A DNA stretch of 42,125 nucleotides from Bacteroidia bacterium (GTDB lineage: Bacteria; Bacteroidota; Bacteroidia; B-17B0; Aurantibacillaceae). Each line of letters begins with the position of its first letter. The first letter of the stretch is position 1. A program made the position numbers and the translations under genes. The notes beneath the pieces were generated by a model. The model saw nothing but the letters and a program-made list of their open reading frames with translations, did not search any database and had not been told where the DNA came from. Positions 28,367 to 36,632 of the stretch are shown piece after piece. The stretch spans positions 1 to 42,125 of the forward strand of contig JAEUTR010000154.1 in assembly GCA_016787365.1 (NCBI GenBank). Direction: 5' to 3'.

Positions 28367-29203
28367 ATGGCTACAAAAGACAAAGAAATCTGGAAACAAA
28401 TTCCCAATTTAAAAGGATCTTTAAGTAAAAAATACGCGGTGTCTTCTCACGGACGTTTGGCTTCATATGAGAAAAACATAGAAGATAAATACATTTTAAA
28501 ACAGCATTTAAATGGCGGTTTTCCTATGGTAACGCTTCATAGTAATGGTAAATCAAAGGCCTTATTTGCTCATCAGGCGGTAGGAGCTGCGTTTTTGAAA
28601 AAACACAGTCCTAAATGTAAATTTGTACTTCACTTGGATTATAATAAAGAAAACAATTCAATATCTAATTTAAAATGGGCTACTAAAGAACAGCAAGTGG
28701 AACATAGTAAAAAAAGTCCTTATGTTTTAGCAGCAGCAGCTCATAAAGTGTATAGCGGCGCGACTTCTAAAAAATTGAATGAGAAAAAAGTCATTCAGTT
28801 AAAAAATGAAATTTGGAATCCTAAACGTAAACTAACCTTTAAGCAATTAGCTGCTAAATATGGTATAGCCGAAATGAATCTGTATCGTATTAAAAATGGA
28901 GAGTTATGGTTTCATGTTCATGTGGAAGGCGAGCCAATTTTTCCTAAATATAAGGCGCAGTTAAAAAACATTGAGTTCCATGAGAAGGTGGCTTCGAAAG
29001 CTTCAGCTACCAAAGCCGCTAAAGAGAAAAAAGCAGTAGCGAAAAAAGTTGCTCCAAAGAAAGCGGTTGTAAAAAAAGTTGCAGTAGCTAAAAAAGTAAC
29101 AGTTTCTAAACCAATTGAGCTTGTTAAAGCTAAAAAAGTAAAAGTTAAGAAAGATAAGAAGGGGAAGAAAGAGAAAAAAGCAAAAAAGAAAAACAAAAAA
29201 TAA
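28367..29203 (+). CDS. NUMOD4/HNH homing-endonuclease-like DNA-binding protein with a central HTH and a histone-H1-like Lys/Ala-rich tail
   Basis: The NUMOD4-type N-terminus is 'EIWKQIPNLKGSLSKKYAVSSHGRLASY'. The HNH_3-type core is 'FAHQAVGAAFL...VLHLDYNKENNSISNLKWATKEQ'. The HTH-like segment is 'LTFKQLAAKYGIAEMNLYRIKNGELW'. The tail is 'KAAKEKKAVAKKVAPKKAVVKKVAVAKKV...KKDKKGKKEKKAKKKNKK'. Confidence 0.7.
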   Translation: MATKDKEIWKQIPNLKGSLSKKYAVSSHGRLASYEKNIEDKYILKQHLNGGFPMVTLHSNGKSKALFAHQAVGAAFLKKHSPKCKFVLHLDYNKENNSISNLKWATKEQQVEHSKKSPYVLAAAAHKVYSGATSKKLNEKKVIQLKNEIWNPKRKLTFKQLAAKYGIAEMNLYRIKNGELWFHVHVEGEPIFPKYKAQLKNIEFHEKVASKASATKAAKEKKAVAKKVAPKKAVVKKVAVAKKVTVSKPIELVKAKKVKVKKDKKGKKEKKAKKKNKK

Positions 29204-30093
29204 TGGTACTACCTTCTTATTTGAAAAAAGGCGACACTGTAGCTATTATTGCAACAGCTCGTAAAGTCAGTCAAGAAGAAATACAACCAGCCGTAGCTTT
29301 TTTTGAGAGCTACGGCCTTTCTGTTTTATTGGGTAAAAATTTATTTGAATCCAGTAATCAATATGCAGGCACTGATGCTCAAAGAGTAGAAGATTTGCAA
29401 TGGGCATTAAATGATAAAAATATAAAAGCTATTATTATTGCGCGCGGAGGTTATGGAACTGTACGATTAATGCAACATGTTGATTTTACTGAATTTAAAA
29501 AGCATCCAAAATGGGTGATCGGTTATAGTGATATAACTGTTTTACATAACGCTATTCATAATATTGGTGTAGCAACCTTACATGCGACTATGCCTTTAAA
29601 TTTTTCTAAAAACCAAGAAGCTACGAGAAGTTTAATAAAAGCATTATTGGGAAAATTAACTGAAATAGAAACTGAAGAAAATTATTCTAACATAGCTGGA
29701 ATAGCAAAAGGACAATTAGTAGGCGGTAATTTATCTTTATTATATGCATTATCGGGTACACCCTTTGATATTGATACAAGAGATAAAATTTTGTTTATAG
29801 AAGATTTAGATGAGTACTTATATCATTTAGATAGAATGATGATGCAATTAAAATTATCAGGTAAACTAAGTTGTTTAAAAGGTCTTGTCGTAGGTGGCAT
29901 GACAGATATGAAAGATAACGCGATCCCTTTTGGAAAGTTTCCGGAAGATATTATTTTAGATGCGGTTAAGGATTATAATTATCCGGTATGTTTTGATTTT
30001 CCGGCAGGACATATTGATAAAAACTTAGCGATGTATTTTGGAAGAGAAGTTGAATTAACAGTAAATGATGCAGCTACTTTAAAATTTCTTTAA
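29203..30093 (+). CDS. ldcA: LD-carboxypeptidase (peptidase S66, muramoyltetrapeptide carboxypeptidase-like)
   Basis: The nucleophile region is 'VIGYSDITVLH'. Also present are 'FIEDLDEYLYHLDRM' and 'FPAGH'. The ATG overlaps the preceding TAA (TAATG). Confidence 0.8.
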   Translation: MVLPSYLKKGDTVAIIATARKVSQEEIQPAVAFFESYGLSVLLGKNLFESSNQYAGTDAQRVEDLQWALNDKNIKAIIIARGGYGTVRLMQHVDFTEFKKHPKWVIGYSDITVLHNAIHNIGVATLHATMPLNFSKNQEATRSLIKALLGKLTEIETEENYSNIAGIAKGQLVGGNLSLLYALSGTPFDIDTRDKILFIEDLDEYLYHLDRMMMQLKLSGKLSCLKGLVVGGMTDMKDNAIPFGKFPEDIILDAVKDYNYPVCFDFPAGHIDKNLAMYFGREVELTVNDAATLKFL

Positions 30094-30130
30094 AATTTTT
30101 TTGTAACAACAGAGGCAGTATTTGTTTATT

Positions 30131-30275
30131 TTAACCACATAGACACATAGATAGTTTTTGGAAATTATAAGGAGCCTGAAGGAAGCTTCGCTTTTCACAC
30201 AGATACTATGTGCAAAAAATATGTTTTCTATATGCCACTTAACTATATGCTACAACTATGTATCTATGTGGTTAA
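30131..30275. repeat. MITE-like palindromic intergenic element (~145 nt) with 20-nt terminal inverted repeats
   Basis: TTAACCACATAGACACATAG (30131..30150) matches the reverse complement of CTATGTATCTATGTGGTTAA (30256..30275) at 19 of 20 positions. The interior is rich in CATAG/CTATG units and contains a GAAGCTTC palindrome. Confidence 0.6.
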
Positions 30276-30296
30276 CTAACGATAATTAATTTTTAG

Positions 30297-30304
30297 TAAA
30301 TTTG
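30297..30304 (+). promoter_or_regulatory. Candidate -7 promoter box (TAAATTTG)
   Basis: This is an exact TAnnTTTG match 42 nt upstream of the ATG at 30346. Confidence 0.3.
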
Positions 30305-30345
30305 AATATAAAGCAATTGTACACGAAAAATAATTTTATAATACT

Positions 30346-31140
30346 ATGTTTTGCAAAACCACCGATAATCTAAATATCTACTTTGAAGTACAAGGTAATG
30401 AGAATGCTAAAGAAACTTTAGTTTTTTTAAATGGCTTGTCACAATCTACCATTGCATGGATTTTAACGACGCCATATTTTAAAAATGATTATAGAATTGT
30501 ATTAATCGATTTTATATTTCAAGGTCAAAGTGATAAAGTCGGTGAATGGAGAAGTTTTGATACACATGCTCGTGACGTTATCAGCGTATTAGATTATTTA
30601 AAAATTGACAAAGCAATTGTTGCAGGATTATCATATGGTAGTTTAGTAGCACAACATTTAGCTATTAATCATGGCAATCGAATTTCCAAATTATTATTGA
30701 TTTCTACGTTTGCTCATAAAACGCCGTACTATGATGCTATTGAATTATCATGGTGGAGAGCCTTAGAATTTGGAGGATATAATTTAATGTTGGATATTAT
30801 GTTACCAAGTGTGTTGAGCGAAAACTATTTTTTAAATCCATTAATTCCTATTGAGTTAATGAAACAAACTCGACAAGAGGCAAATGAAGATAAGCAAGCT
30901 TTATTTAAATTAATGAGGGCAACAAAAGAAAGAGTGGATTACAGACCAGAACTGAAAAAAATAACAGCGCCAGTTATTGTTATCCAGGGCGAAAAGGATT
31001 TGTTACTTCCTGTTCATATGGCTAATGAAGTCGCAAAATCAATTCCAAACAGTCAGTTTAAAGTTATTCCTCATGTGGGACATACACTTAATTTAGAGGC
31101 GGTCCCGCAGATGGTTGCTATTATGAAAGAGTTTATTTAA
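30346..31140 (+). CDS. Alpha/beta-fold hydrolase
   Basis: The nucleophile elbow is 'GLSYGSLVAQ' (GxSxG). 'VFLNGL' lies near the N-terminus and a C-terminal 'GH' could be the catalytic His. The protein is 264 aa. Confidence 0.8.
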   Translation: MFCKTTDNLNIYFEVQGNENAKETLVFLNGLSQSTIAWILTTPYFKNDYRIVLIDFIFQGQSDKVGEWRSFDTHARDVISVLDYLKIDKAIVAGLSYGSLVAQHLAINHGNRISKLLLISTFAHKTPYYDAIELSWWRALEFGGYNLMLDIMLPSVLSENYFLNPLIPIELMKQTRQEANEDKQALFKLMRATKERVDYRPELKKITAPVIVIQGEKDLLLPVHMANEVAKSIPNSQFKVIPHVGHTLNLEAVPQMVAIMKEFI

Positions 31141-31197
31141 GTCACGCTGAACTTGTTTCAGCATCTCATGAGACCCTGAAACAAGTTCAAGGTGATA
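31141..31197. repeat. Palindromic intergenic element (GTCACGCTGAACTTGTTTCAG...CTGAAACAAGTTCAAGGTGAT)
   Basis: It has a perfect 13-nt inverted repeat, GAACTTGTTTCAG (31149..31161) and CTGAAACAAGTTC (31176..31188), with a 14-nt loop. It begins 1 nt after the hydrolase stop. Confidence 0.6.
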
Positions 31198-31211
31198 ATC
31201 TATGTGGTTAA
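31198..31211 (+). repeat. Solo copy of the MITE-like terminus (ATCTATGTGGTTAA)
   Basis: This 14-mer is identical to 30262..30275. Confidence 0.6.
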
Positions 31212-31239
31212 AAAATGACTAAAATCAACTAATTATTTC

Positions 31240-31247
31240 TAATTTTG
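31240..31247 (+). promoter_or_regulatory. Candidate -7 promoter box (TAATTTTG) for tyrS
   Basis: This is an exact TAnnTTTG match 17 nt upstream of the ATG at 31264. Confidence 0.35.
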
Positions 31248-31263
31248 AGACTCAATATTTAAA

Positions 31264-32550
31264 ATGAAAACAAATTTTATAGAAGAATTAAAATGGCGTG
31301 GCGTCTTGCATGATGTAATGCCAGGGACAGAAGAACTATTGAATAAAGAAGTTGTTACCGGATATATTGGATTTGATCCAACAGCAGATAGCTTACATGT
31401 AGGTAGTTTAGCACAAATCATGACTTTATTGCGTTTTCAACTAGCTGGTCACAAGCCATTGGCTTTGGTTGGTGGCGCAACTGGTATGGTAGGTGATCCA
31501 AGTGGAAAATCAGCCGAACGTAATTTGTTAGATGCAGATACTTTAAATAAAAACGTAGAGGGAATTAAAAAACAATTAAGTCGGTTTTTAGATTTTAATT
31601 GTGGGGAAAATAGCGCAGAGTTAGTTAATAATTACGATTGGTTTAAAAATTATTCTTTCTTGGATTTTATCCGTGATGCTGGAAAACACATTACGGTAAA
31701 TTATATGATGGCTAAAGATTCGGTGAAGAATCGAATTAATGGTGATACTGGAATGTCGTTTACTGAGTTTAGTTATCAATTAATTCAGGGTTACGATTTT
31801 TATCATTTATGGAAAGAAAAGAATTGTAAAATTCAAATGGGAGGTTCTGATCAGTGGGGAAATATTACTACCGGTACAGAATTTATTCGTCGTAAAGCAA
31901 GCGGAGAAGCATTTGCATTAACCACTCAATTAATTAAAAAATCAGACGGCACTAAATTCGGTAAATCTGAAGGCGGAAATATTTGGTTGGATAGAGAAAA
32001 AACATCGCCATATAAATTTTATCAGTTTTGGTTAAATGTAAGTGACGAAGATGCAAAATCTTATGTGCGTATTTTTACTTTATTAAATAAATCAGAAGTA
32101 GAAGAGTTAGAGGCAAAACATGCTGCAGCTCCACACGAACGCCATTTGCAAAAAGCGTTGGCAAAAGAAATTACGATTAGAGTTCACAGCGAAGCTGACT
32201 ATTTGCAAGCCATTGAGACTGCTGAGTTTTTATTCAAATCGAAGGCAGACGATGTTGCAAATTTAAATCCAGATGCGTTTGAAAAAATGCTAGGTGGTAT
32301 AGATACCTTTGAAGTAAATAAAGCTGATGTTGCTAATGGAATTAATATAGTTGATTTATTAGTAGATAAAGCAGCTGTATTTCCTAGTAAAACTGAAGCT
32401 CGTAAAATGTTCACTGGAAATGCAGTGAGCATTGGTAAAACAAAAGTGACGGATGTGAATGCTGTGATTAATTTAGATGCATTTAATGGCGAAAAATATT
32501 TATTAGTAAGCAAAGGCAAAAAAGAAAATTATTTAATTAAGTTAGTTTAA
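31264..32550 (+). CDS. tyrS: Tyrosine--tRNA ligase
   Basis: '[14 protein letters not shown]' is the HIGH region and 'KFGKSEG' is the KMSKS region. There is a C-terminal S4-like domain. Confidence 0.95.
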   Translation: MKTNFIEELKWRGVLHDVMPGTEELLNKEVVTGYIGFDPTADSLHVGSLAQIMTLLRFQLAGHKPLALVGGATGMVGDPSGKSAERNLLDADTLNKNVEGIKKQLSRFLDFNCGENSAELVNNYDWFKNYSFLDFIRDAGKHITVNYMMAKDSVKNRINGDTGMSFTEFSYQLIQGYDFYHLWKEKNCKIQMGGSDQWGNITTGTEFIRRKASGEAFALTTQLIKKSDGTKFGKSEGGNIWLDREKTSPYKFYQFWLNVSDEDAKSYVRIFTLLNKSEVEELEAKHAAAPHERHLQKALAKEITIRVHSEADYLQAIETAEFLFKSKADDVANLNPDAFEKMLGGIDTFEVNKADVANGINIVDLLVDKAAVFPSKTEARKMFTGNAVSIGKTKVTDVNAVINLDAFNGEKYLLVSKGKKENYLIKLV

Positions 32551-32568
32551 ATATAGTTTTTAAATTAT

Positions 32569-32625
32569 GTCTCGTCGAGCGTAGTCGAGACGTTGATATA
32601 GTTCTCGACTACGCTCGAACTGACA
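32569..32625. repeat. Inverted pair of the GTTCTCGACTACGCTCGAAC(TGACA) element
   Basis: TCGAGCGTAGTCGAGA (32575..32590) and TCTCGACTACGCTCGA (32603..32618) form a perfect 16-nt inverted repeat with a 12-nt spacer. The pair starts 18 nt after the tyrS stop. Confidence 0.65.
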
Positions 32626-32637
32626 CTATAAACAACT

Positions 32638-33036
32638 ATGATAAAAGACATCGTAATTCCAGAAGTATTTGACGTAGCAATCGCTATCGTTCAGGAGTTT
32701 GAAGGCTTGGACGAATACAATGCCTATATTTTTAATTTTAAAGAAGAGAGTATAAAAAATGTATTGATTACCTCTACAGGTTATGGAGTAATTAATGATA
32801 TCAAGAAAAAAACAAGCACACTCCGTCATTTTTTCGAAGAAATACAAACCTTGGATTACAAGTTAATTGAACCGGTATCAAAAGAAGTATTTGGTTTGAG
32901 TAATGAATACTGGGTAAGTTTTACTTTAAATGGACAATTACTAGATAAACAATTTATCTTTTTGCCAGAATCTATTATAGAAGATAACTTCCAAATGATT
33001 CCTTTTATCGATAAAAAAGGAGTCATCATCAAATAA
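32638..33036 (+). CDS. Hypothetical cytoplasmic protein
   Basis: It is a 132-aa ORF with no signal peptide and no motif I recognise. Coding is supported only by length and by the absence of competing genes. Confidence 0.5.
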   Translation: MIKDIVIPEVFDVAIAIVQEFEGLDEYNAYIFNFKEESIKNVLITSTGYGVINDIKKKTSTLRHFFEEIQTLDYKLIEPVSKEVFGLSNEYWVSFTLNGQLLDKQFIFLPESIIEDNFQMIPFIDKKGVIIK

Positions 33037-33115
33037 AAATTCCTTTAGTAACAAAAGTCACTTCTTAGTTTTATAAATTCGTGTATATTAGGCGAAATTT
33101 TTTAAAACTGTAAAC

Positions 33116-34414
33116 ATGAAAGGTAGATTTTATTGGTGGAAAGAGTGGATGGAACGTAAACATAAATACGCAACTGCCACCGACAAACAATTAAACGCAG
33201 ATAAATTTAATGCCATTTGTGCAGGCACAGGGTTGCCAAACATTCATCAAAAATCAACATTTAAATTTAAAGATGTAGCAGACGGGGCTTCTCGTTTTGT
33301 AGGAAATTCTCCTTCTGGCGAAAAACCATTTGCGCGAATTTACACACGTTTAGGAAATCCTAATACGGAGTATTTAGAAAAAGTATTATTTCAATTAGAG
33401 TGTCAACATATTATTGATAACGCTTTAAAATCGGATGAAAAAACTCCAACGATTGCATCGTTAGTATTTGCTTCTGGAATGGCAGCCATTTCAACGGTTA
33501 TCATGGGTTTTGTTCAGCCAGGTGACGGCATTATTGTTGGTAATGTGTATGGATGTACAGATTCGTTAATGCGTTTTTTACAAAAACGTTTTGGTATTGA
33601 TGTGTATTTTGTGGATGCTACAAATGCAGACAACGTTAGAGATACATTAAATGCACATCCTCATGTGTGTGCGGTATTAATTGAAACACCTGATAATCCC
33701 ACATTACAATTATGTGATATCGAAGCGATTTCAAAATACACAGAGCAACACGAGGCAATGTTAATTGTAGATAATACGTTTTGCTCGCCCTACTTACAAC
33801 AACCTTTCCGTTTAGGTGCTGATGTGGTAATCCATTCATTAACCAAATATGTAAGTGGACACTCAACCTCTATTGCTGGCGCAGCTATGGGACCATATGA
33901 GTTTTTTAGTAAAGAGGTTTATCCGGTTTATAAAGATTTCGGGCCAACACCTTCTCCATTTGATAGTTGGTTAAATAGTTTAACCATTCAAGAAATGGGA
34001 GTACGTATGGAGCACCAATGTAAAACTGCTATACAAGTAGCTGAGTTTTTAGAGAAGCATCCTAAAATTGAAAAGGTTTGGTATCCTGGATTACCAAGTC
34101 ATCCGCATTATGACATTTGTAAAAAACAAATGCGAAATGGTGGGGGTATGATTTCTTTTGAAGTTAAAGGTGGTTTTGAGGCTGGTGTAAAATTAATGAA
34201 CTATTTTGCTCGCCCCGATACACCAATGGAATTAGCCGTTAGTTTGGGTTCAGTCATTAGTTATATCGAACATCCAGCGAGTATGACACATTCTGTTATT
34301 CCGGAAGCGGATAGATGCGTTCGTGGAATTACAAATTCTTTAGTGCGTTTATCAATTGGTGTAGAAGGTTTTAGCACCATAAGTGAGGCTTTAAATGCTG
34401 GGTTGGAATTATAA
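33116..34414 (+). CDS. PLP-dependent Cys/Met-metabolism enzyme (cystathionine gamma-synthase / methionine gamma-lyase / O-acylhomoserine sulfhydrylase family)
   Basis: The PLP-lysine region is 'IHSLTKYVSGHS'. 'DNTFCSPYLQQP' and 'RLSIGVE' near the C-terminus are family hallmarks. Confidence 0.85.
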   Translation: MKGRFYWWKEWMERKHKYATATDKQLNADKFNAICAGTGLPNIHQKSTFKFKDVADGASRFVGNSPSGEKPFARIYTRLGNPNTEYLEKVLFQLECQHIIDNALKSDEKTPTIASLVFASGMAAISTVIMGFVQPGDGIIVGNVYGCTDSLMRFLQKRFGIDVYFVDATNADNVRDTLNAHPHVCAVLIETPDNPTLQLCDIEAISKYTEQHEAMLIVDNTFCSPYLQQPFRLGADVVIHSLTKYVSGHSTSIAGAAMGPYEFFSKEVYPVYKDFGPTPSPFDSWLNSLTIQEMGVRMEHQCKTAIQVAEFLEKHPKIEKVWYPGLPSHPHYDICKKQMRNGGGMISFEVKGGFEAGVKLMNYFARPDTPMELAVSLGSVISYIEHPASMTHSVIPEADRCVRGITNSLVRLSIGVEGFSTISEALNAGLEL

Positions 34415-34451
34415 AACCACAAAAACCCCTCGTTTTTCATAAAAATTAGAC

Positions 34452-34478
34452 AAACATCCCGTTTTTTGGGATGTTTTT
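34452..34478 (+). terminator. Rho-independent terminator after the PLP enzyme gene
   Basis: AAACATCCC and GGGATGTTT form a 9-bp stem with a GTTTTTT loop, followed by TT. Confidence 0.6.
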
Positions 34479-34532
34479 GTGTGTGAAATAAAGTAATTTT
34501 TATATATTTATTACTTTAAGTATATATTTTAA

Positions 34533-36626
34533 ATGGCAACTACAACATTAGAACCTAAGTCAGTGAAAGAGAAAATTTCTGTTGAAACGCTTAAAAAAGC
34601 ATACACCTTAATGTGTACGGCTAAAAGCATGGCGGAGCTATACGAAGCTAATAAAGAAATAACGGCAAAGTATGTACACGCTACATCTCGAGGACATGAG
34701 GCTATTCAATTAGCAATGGGTTTACAGTTATTACCACAAGATTTTGTGAGTCCATATTACCGTGACGACAGTATGTTGTTGGGTATTGGTATGTCTCCAT
34801 TTGAATTAATGTTGCAATTATTAGCAAAACGTAACGATCCATTTTCAGGAGGAAGAACTTATTATGCTCATCCAAGTTTACGCAGAGATGATATGCCTAA
34901 AATTCCTCACCAATCAAGTGCTACAGGAATGCAAGCTATTCCTACAACAGGTGTGGCAATGGGGTTACAATATTTAGAATTAAATAAATTACAACAAGAT
35001 TTTAAAGGAAAGAATCCGGTAGCAGTTTGCTCTTTAGGTGATGCATGTATTACCGAAGGTGAAGTAGCAGAAGCTTTTCAAATGGCAACTTTAAAAAAGT
35101 TACCAATATTATATTTAGTGCAAGATAACGAATGGGATATTTCAGCGCACGCTCGCGAGATTCGTTCTCAGGATGCAACTGATTATGCTAAAGGATTTAA
35201 AGGTTTAGAAACTCGTACGATTGATGGAACTGATTTTATCGCATCATACAATACCATTAATGAGTGTTTAGAAATTATTCGTAAAGAACGTAGGCCGATG
35301 TTGATTCATGCAAAGGTGCCTTTGTTAAATCATCATACATCAGGTGTTCGTAAAGAATGGTATAGAGATGATTTGGAAGAATGTGCGAAAAGAGATCCAT
35401 TACCTCGTTTACGTAATCAATTAATTATTGCAGGAGTTGATGCTTCAGATATCAAAAAAATGGAAGTTGCTGCTGTAGTATTTGTAGAATCTGAATATCA
35501 AAAGGCATTATTAGAAGAAGATCCTCGCCCTGAAGATTTACTATTACATGATTTTGCTCCAACACCTATTACTGAGGAAAAAGGAAATAGAACGCCAAGC
35601 GGCAAGGAGAAAACCGTTATGGTGGATAGCGCTTTATTTGCTATCCGTGAAATTATGGAGAAACATCCAAACGCCTTATTATACGGACAAGATGTTGGTA
35701 AGCGTTTAGGAGGTGTATTTAGAGAAGCTGCTACTTTAGCACAAACATTTGGAGATAATAGAGTATTTAATACACCTATTCAAGAAGCATTTATTATTGG
35801 TAGCACTGTTGGTATGAGCGCTGTTGGATTGAAGCCAATTGTAGAAGTTCAGTTTGCAGATTATATTTGGCCAGGCTTAAATCAGTTATTTACAGAGGTA
35901 AGTCGTTCTTGTTATTTAAGTAATGGAAAATGGCCTGTAAGTTGTATTGTGCGTGTGCCAATTGGCGCATACGGTAGCGGCGGACCATACCATTCTAGTT
36001 CAGTTGAAAGTGTATTAGCAAATATTAAAGGAATTAAAATTGCATACCCAAGTACGGGCGCTGATTTAAAAGGGTTAATGAAATCTGCTTTCTATGATCC
36101 AAATCCAGTAGTGATGTTAGAACATAAAGGTTTATACTGGAGTAAAATTAAAGGGACAGAAGATGCAAAAACGATTGAGCCAGATGAAGATTATGTCATT
36201 CCATTTGGCAAAGGTAGAGTAGTGCAAGAAGCTTCCGAAGAAAACATTAGTAAAGGTAAATCCTTAACCGTTATTACTTACGGTATGGGAGTTTATTGGG
36301 CTAAGAGCGCTGCTAAAAAGTTTGAAGGTCAAATAGAAATTATTGATTTAAGAACCATTGCACCAGTTGACGAAGAGCTAATGTTTGCGAGTGCTAACAA
36401 ACATGGTAAATGTTTAGTGTTGACAGAAGAGCCAGTGTTTAATGGGTTTGCTCAAAGTATTGCAGCTCGTATTTCTGAAAACTGTTTCAAAAAATTAGAC
36501 GCGCCAGTAAGAGTAATTGGTTCTGAAAATTTACCAGCTATTCCTTTAAACTCAACTTTAGAACGCACGATGCTACCTAATGCTGATAAGGTAGAAAAAG
36601 CAATAGAGGATTTATTAAACTATTAA
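34533..36626 (+). CDS. Fused alpha/beta 2-oxoacid dehydrogenase E1 component (TPP-dependent, branched-chain keto-acid dehydrogenase-like)
   Basis: The alpha-like half carries the TPP motif region 'GDACITEGEVAEAFQMA...LYLVQDNEWDIS'. The beta-like half has 'NTPIQEAFIIGSTVGMSAVGLKPIVEVQFADY'. The whole is a single 697-aa ORF. Confidence 0.85.
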   Translation: MATTTLEPKSVKEKISVETLKKAYTLMCTAKSMAELYEANKEITAKYVHATSRGHEAIQLAMGLQLLPQDFVSPYYRDDSMLLGIGMSPFELMLQLLAKRNDPFSGGRTYYAHPSLRRDDMPKIPHQSSATGMQAIPTTGVAMGLQYLELNKLQQDFKGKNPVAVCSLGDACITEGEVAEAFQMATLKKLPILYLVQDNEWDISAHAREIRSQDATDYAKGFKGLETRTIDGTDFIASYNTINECLEIIRKERRPMLIHAKVPLLNHHTSGVRKEWYRDDLEECAKRDPLPRLRNQLIIAGVDASDIKKMEVAAVVFVESEYQKALLEEDPRPEDLLLHDFAPTPITEEKGNRTPSGKEKTVMVDSALFAIREIMEKHPNALLYGQDVGKRLGGVFREAATLAQTFGDNRVFNTPIQEAFIIGSTVGMSAVGLKPIVEVQFADYIWPGLNQLFTEVSRSCYLSNGKWPVSCIVRVPIGAYGSGGPYHSSSVESVLANIKGIKIAYPSTGADLKGLMKSAFYDPNPVVMLEHKGLYWSKIKGTEDAKTIEPDEDYVIPFGKGRVVQEASEENISKGKSLTVITYGMGVYWAKSAAKKFEGQIEIIDLRTIAPVDEELMFASANKHGKCLVLTEEPVFNGFAQSIAARISENCFKKLDAPVRVIGSENLPAIPLNSTLERTMLPNADKVEKAIEDLLNY

Positions 36627-36632
36627 TTTTTT

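Noticed and set aside
28367-29203. The HNH/NUMOD4 gene could mark a prophage or genomic island.
   Set aside because: There are no integrase, structural, tRNA or direct-repeat boundaries nearby. The neighbours are metG and ldcA, and the gene's stop overlaps the ldcA start. I treat it as a domesticated gene (see findings).
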